Shown here: in pieces, positions 60,841 through 64,000 of the stretch
Numbering within the stretch: the first letter of the stretch is position 1
Layout of the letters: the number at the start of each line of letters is the position of its first letter
Assembly (NCBI GenBank): GCA_002104905.1
Contig: MCFE01000052.1
Span: 124,001 to 188,000, forward strand
Reading direction: 5' to 3'
From: Basidiobolus meristosporus CBS 931.73
Lineage: Eukaryota; Fungi; Basidiobolomycota
Length of the DNA stretch: 64,000 nucleotides
The notes under the pieces: generated by a model
Told to the model about the DNA's origin: nothing
The model's input: only the letters and a program-made list of their open reading frames with translations
Database searches by the model: none
Program-made: the position numbers and the translations under genes

Positions 60841-60982
60841 TAAGATACTGTGGCGAAAGATTTCCAGCAGCAGCTAGATCGACCTCCACTACCGAGATAT
60901 CGGTTCTGTTCTTCTCGGCCAGAGTAAAACGAACTGGACCAGGCCATAGCGCTTGCTTGTTGGGATAAATCTTGATAGGCGT
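60841..60982 (-). pseudogene. Orphan duplicate of GST exon 1
   Basis: TPIKIYPNKQALWPGPVRFTLAEKNRTDISVVEVDLAAAGNLSPQYL matches exon 1 of the adjacent GST. ATG is replaced by ACG, the GT donor is absent and no exon 2 copy follows. Confidence 0.85.
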
Positions 60983-62606
60983 ATTTTCTAATGTGGCTAG
61001 AATATGTCTGAGCACAAGACTTATTAGTACTCGTTACTCTTCTTGATGTAATAGGTTGTATGGGTCGTTTGCCGGCTTCCGTCGTTGCTTACATTTTATT
61101 ATTAATGATTGTCACTACTACGACTATCATTTCCTATATACTCCACAGCAAATATGTTGTACAACATAACTTTCACACATCGTAGGCTATCTACTTCGGC
61201 CTATCACGTAATGCTTTCTGGATGAGTAGAATTTATTAATCTGAATCAATCATCAAGGCTAAGCCTCGATAGTGGTTTATTGAAATTCTTCTACTTGATG
61301 TTAATTAGTATATTGTAGAGATGTCAGGTTATTAACTTCATGCGGAATAACACACCAATAATCAGTTGGGTCAAGCTACATGGATTACAGGGTTCTTCAG
61401 TGGGCTGCTTTGCTACAGTATGGATTCTAATCAATATCTGAGTTGTAAAACTTGCTGATGGAAAGACATAACTAAAGTCGAGGTAGATTTCCTGGTCAAT
61501 TTGACCAATACCGAAATAGCGCTTATCTCTTTTTCCTCACTAAGTGTAGCTCTCAACATCAGGTTTCTGTTCAGACATGCTTATTAGTATGCCTACGATG
61601 TTCTTAGCTTAGTTCTTTGGAATCGCAGAGTGATCTGATTGAATAGTCGGATTGGCCTTGGTATTTGCCAGTGTGACTTGCTGTGAAAGTTAAATGCAGA
61701 TATCTGAAAATCCAAAGAATGGGAGAATATGTGAAGTGGGAGCGAATGAAGTGGCTGCAACGGCTTACTTCTGTACCACATATGTTAATTCAGGCTTATT
61801 AAAAAATGATGGTGGGTAGGAAGTATGGTAATTTTTATGCATCAAAAAAATATATTATGGAGCTAGGGTACTCAAGGATCGAGCAGCTCAAAAAACTGGC
61901 CTAAATCAGTTGGTCTACACTATCTGTAATGTGCGAGGTAAATCCCGGATTGGTAGCCAAGTTTGGCAACGTCGCTCACCATATGCCATTATTACAATAG
62001 AAATATTTGTCAGATACTTTTATCAACACCAGATAGCCCCACTATGTGCGGTTGCGGAGTATTGTGGTCCAATTCTGATACTTCACAATGCCAAGACACG
62101 CTTGAAGTGTGCTATTAGGTCAAATATATCCTCAAAACTATGTTTTGGGGTTTAGGGTACAATTGGGAAGTACCACGCCCTAGGAAAAAAAATTGAAAAA
62201 AGCCAGCAGAACACTGTCATAATATCAGCTGAATTCCATGTTTCTCAAAACCGACAACTCTCAATATCTCAGGAACTAGCTGCTGGTCAGTTAGGGGAGG
62301 GAAAGTCACCAAGTCAGTGAAATCTTTATTTGAGTTAAGAACTAATCTAAGTACAAATAAAGAAGCCAATTAAGAGGTCTAGAACCTCTCTAATAAGTAA
62401 TCTAATTTATGTTTTGTTTCATCTCTAATGTTTGTTTCAATAAAGTGAAGCTCATCAGGGGTAAATATAAAATTCAGGGGTTTTGGGGGAAGTACAAATT
62501 GTAGATGTTTCTGATCAATATAATCCAAGACTGGAACCCAGCCTGGGATTAGGTGTAGTAGGAAAGGTGTGTGGACTTGTTAGTAGCTCTGCCACATAGA
62601 TCTTAG

Positions 62607-62955
62607 TGTTGTAAGAGTCTTGGAGATATTGGAAGTGATTGGGAGAACAAGTAGATTATGTGGTTTTCACTTAATGATTTATTGATTGTAAAAGTAGTAT
62701 TTATACTTTTACCAAGTCTTGGCATAACAAACACGTAGAATAGGTTAAGGAAGGTCCCAAGAACATGTGTGCAAAGTTTGGGGCTGTTTGGACAACTTTG
62801 AGAATTTTCATGTTCTGGGTACCTGGTATTTTGGTGAAAATATTCTAAGTAAATCCCGACAAGGAATTTGGTCAGTATTTTCTAGGATTTGAAGGTAATG
62901 ATCTAAGTGACTAAGTTAGGTAAATATTTAGGTGGAAATACGAATTTTTACAACA
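62607..62955 (-). repeat. 3' LTR (349 bp) of the copia element
   Basis: 8-bp terminal inverted repeats TGTTGTAA...TTACAACA, internal TATAAA and AATAAA on the minus strand, directly after the PPT-like tract. Confidence 0.88.
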
Positions 62956-62966
62956 CTCCTACTCAG

Positions 62967-64000
62967 CTAAATGTTCATACTGACTAGTCCTAATTTTGAC
63001 CTAAGATATTCAAACTTGTCTCTAGCTAATGGTTTGGTAATTATGTCTGCAATCATTTCATCTGTAGGACAGTAAACTAAGCTAACTAAGTTACTCTCTA
63101 TAGCTTCACGTATGAAATGATGTCTAATATCTATGTGCTTGGTACTAGCATGAAAAGTTGGATTTCTACCTAATTGTATACATCCTTGATTATCTTGAAA
63201 TAAAGTAATAGGCGTTTTTTGACATAGGCCTAAATCTGTTAAGAGTTTTCTTAACCACATTGCTTCTTTTGTAGCTTCACAGGCTGCCATATACTCTGCC
63301 TCTGTGGTGGAAAGTGCTACAGTTGGTTGCTTTCTTGAATTCCATGAAATTGCTCCTTTACAATAAAGAAAGGTGTATCCTGTGGTGGATCTTCTGTCTT
63401 CCAAATTTCGTCCCCAATCTGCATCAGAGTATCCCACAAGATCCTGTTCTGAGTTGTTATAAGTGTATCTTAAGCAAATATCAGCAGTTCCTTTTAGGTA
63501 TCTAAAAATCCGCTTAACTGCTGCAATATGATCAGATCCATAGTTCTGATTATGTTGGCTGACAACTCCCACTGAATATGAGATATCTGGACGTGTTCCA
63601 AGCATGATATACATCAGACTGCCGACCATAGATTGATAAGGAAAGTCAGGGCTTTCTGATGGCACCAAGCTCTCTTGATTTGGTTGAGTTTTGACCAAGT
63701 TAAGGTTTGTCTCCATTGGGGTAGCTGCCGGTTTACAGTCTTCCATTTTGTACTTCTTTAGTATATCTTGAATATACTTGGATTGGCTTAGGGTAATAGT
63801 CTGGGTGCTTCTGTCTATGGAAAACTTAATCCCTAAGTAGTAACTAAGTTCTCCTAAATCAGACATCTTGAACTCCTTAGATAGGCTGGATTTAGTCTCT
63901 TCCAGTGTTTCTAGGTTATTGGCGGCTATAATAAGATCATCCACATATAGAGCTAATAGAACTGGATTTGCTCTATCTGGCTTATAGTATATACTATGGT
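62967..64000 (-). CDS. Copia pol C-terminus: reverse transcriptase and RNase H
   Basis: Open to the window edge: LLALYVDDLIIA, MSDLGELSYYLGI, GSLMYIMLGTRPDI, GYSDADWG...RRSTTGY, ALSTTEAEY, TKHIDIRHHFIRE and MIADIITKPL. Confidence 0.93.
   Translation of the reverse strand, partial: HSIYYKPDRANPVLLALYVDDLIIAANNLETLEETKSSLSKEFKMSDLGELSYYLGIKFSIDRSTQTITLSQSKYIQDILKKYKMEDCKPAATPMETNLNLVKTQPNQESLVPSESPDFPYQSMVGSLMYIMLGTRPDISYSVGVVSQHNQNYGSDHIAAVKRIFRYLKGTADICLRYTYNNSEQDLVGYSDADWGRNLEDRRSTTGYTFLYCKGAISWNSRKQPTVALSTTEAEYMAACEATKEAMWLRKLLTDLGLCQKTPITLFQDNQGCIQLGRNPTFHASTKHIDIRHHFIREAIESNLVSLVYCPTDEMIADIITKPLARDKFEYLRSKLGLVSMNI

Larger units (their letters stand above)
62607..64000 (-). mobile_element. 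Ty1/copia LTR retrotransposon, 3' part (continues beyond the window)
   Basis: RT YVDD motif and copia RNase H followed, 11 nt after the stop, by a purine-rich tract (GAGTAGGAG) and an LTR. Confidence 0.93.

Overview
Eukaryotic, intron-containing fungal genomic DNA with short GT-AG introns. The gene set (velvet, fungal-type adenylate cyclase, kinesin-3, TTC14-like) suggests an early-diverging fungus such as a Zoopagomycota or Mucoromycota member; this is inference, not confirmed. The first 8.7 kb is an array of five fasciclin (2xFAS1) copies in alternating orientation (-,+,-,-,+). Their coding cores are about 99% identical, but their promoters, signal peptides and C-terminal tails (GPI-like versus none) have clearly diverged. 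This points to ongoing gene conversion and possibly inversion-mediated tail swapping, and is the most unusual structure in the window. It is followed by a METTL7-like methyltransferase, a P5-type ATPase with a signal peptide and Cys-rich N-terminal domain, an ABHD13/Bem46 hydrolase, an Nrd1/Mrn1-like RRM protein, adenylate cyclase and Unc104 kinesin-3. The rest holds a head-to-head pair of velvet paralogs, a TTC14-like TPR protein, Snf5 fused to a GATA finger, eIF5B, mitochondrial ketoacyl synthase, a PX/DUF3818 protein, DPP3, and a GST with an orphan duplicate of exon 1. The window ends in the 3' part of a Ty1/copia retrotransposon with an intact 349-bp LTR. Exon boundaries were read by hand and all homology calls come from motif recognition, not database searches.
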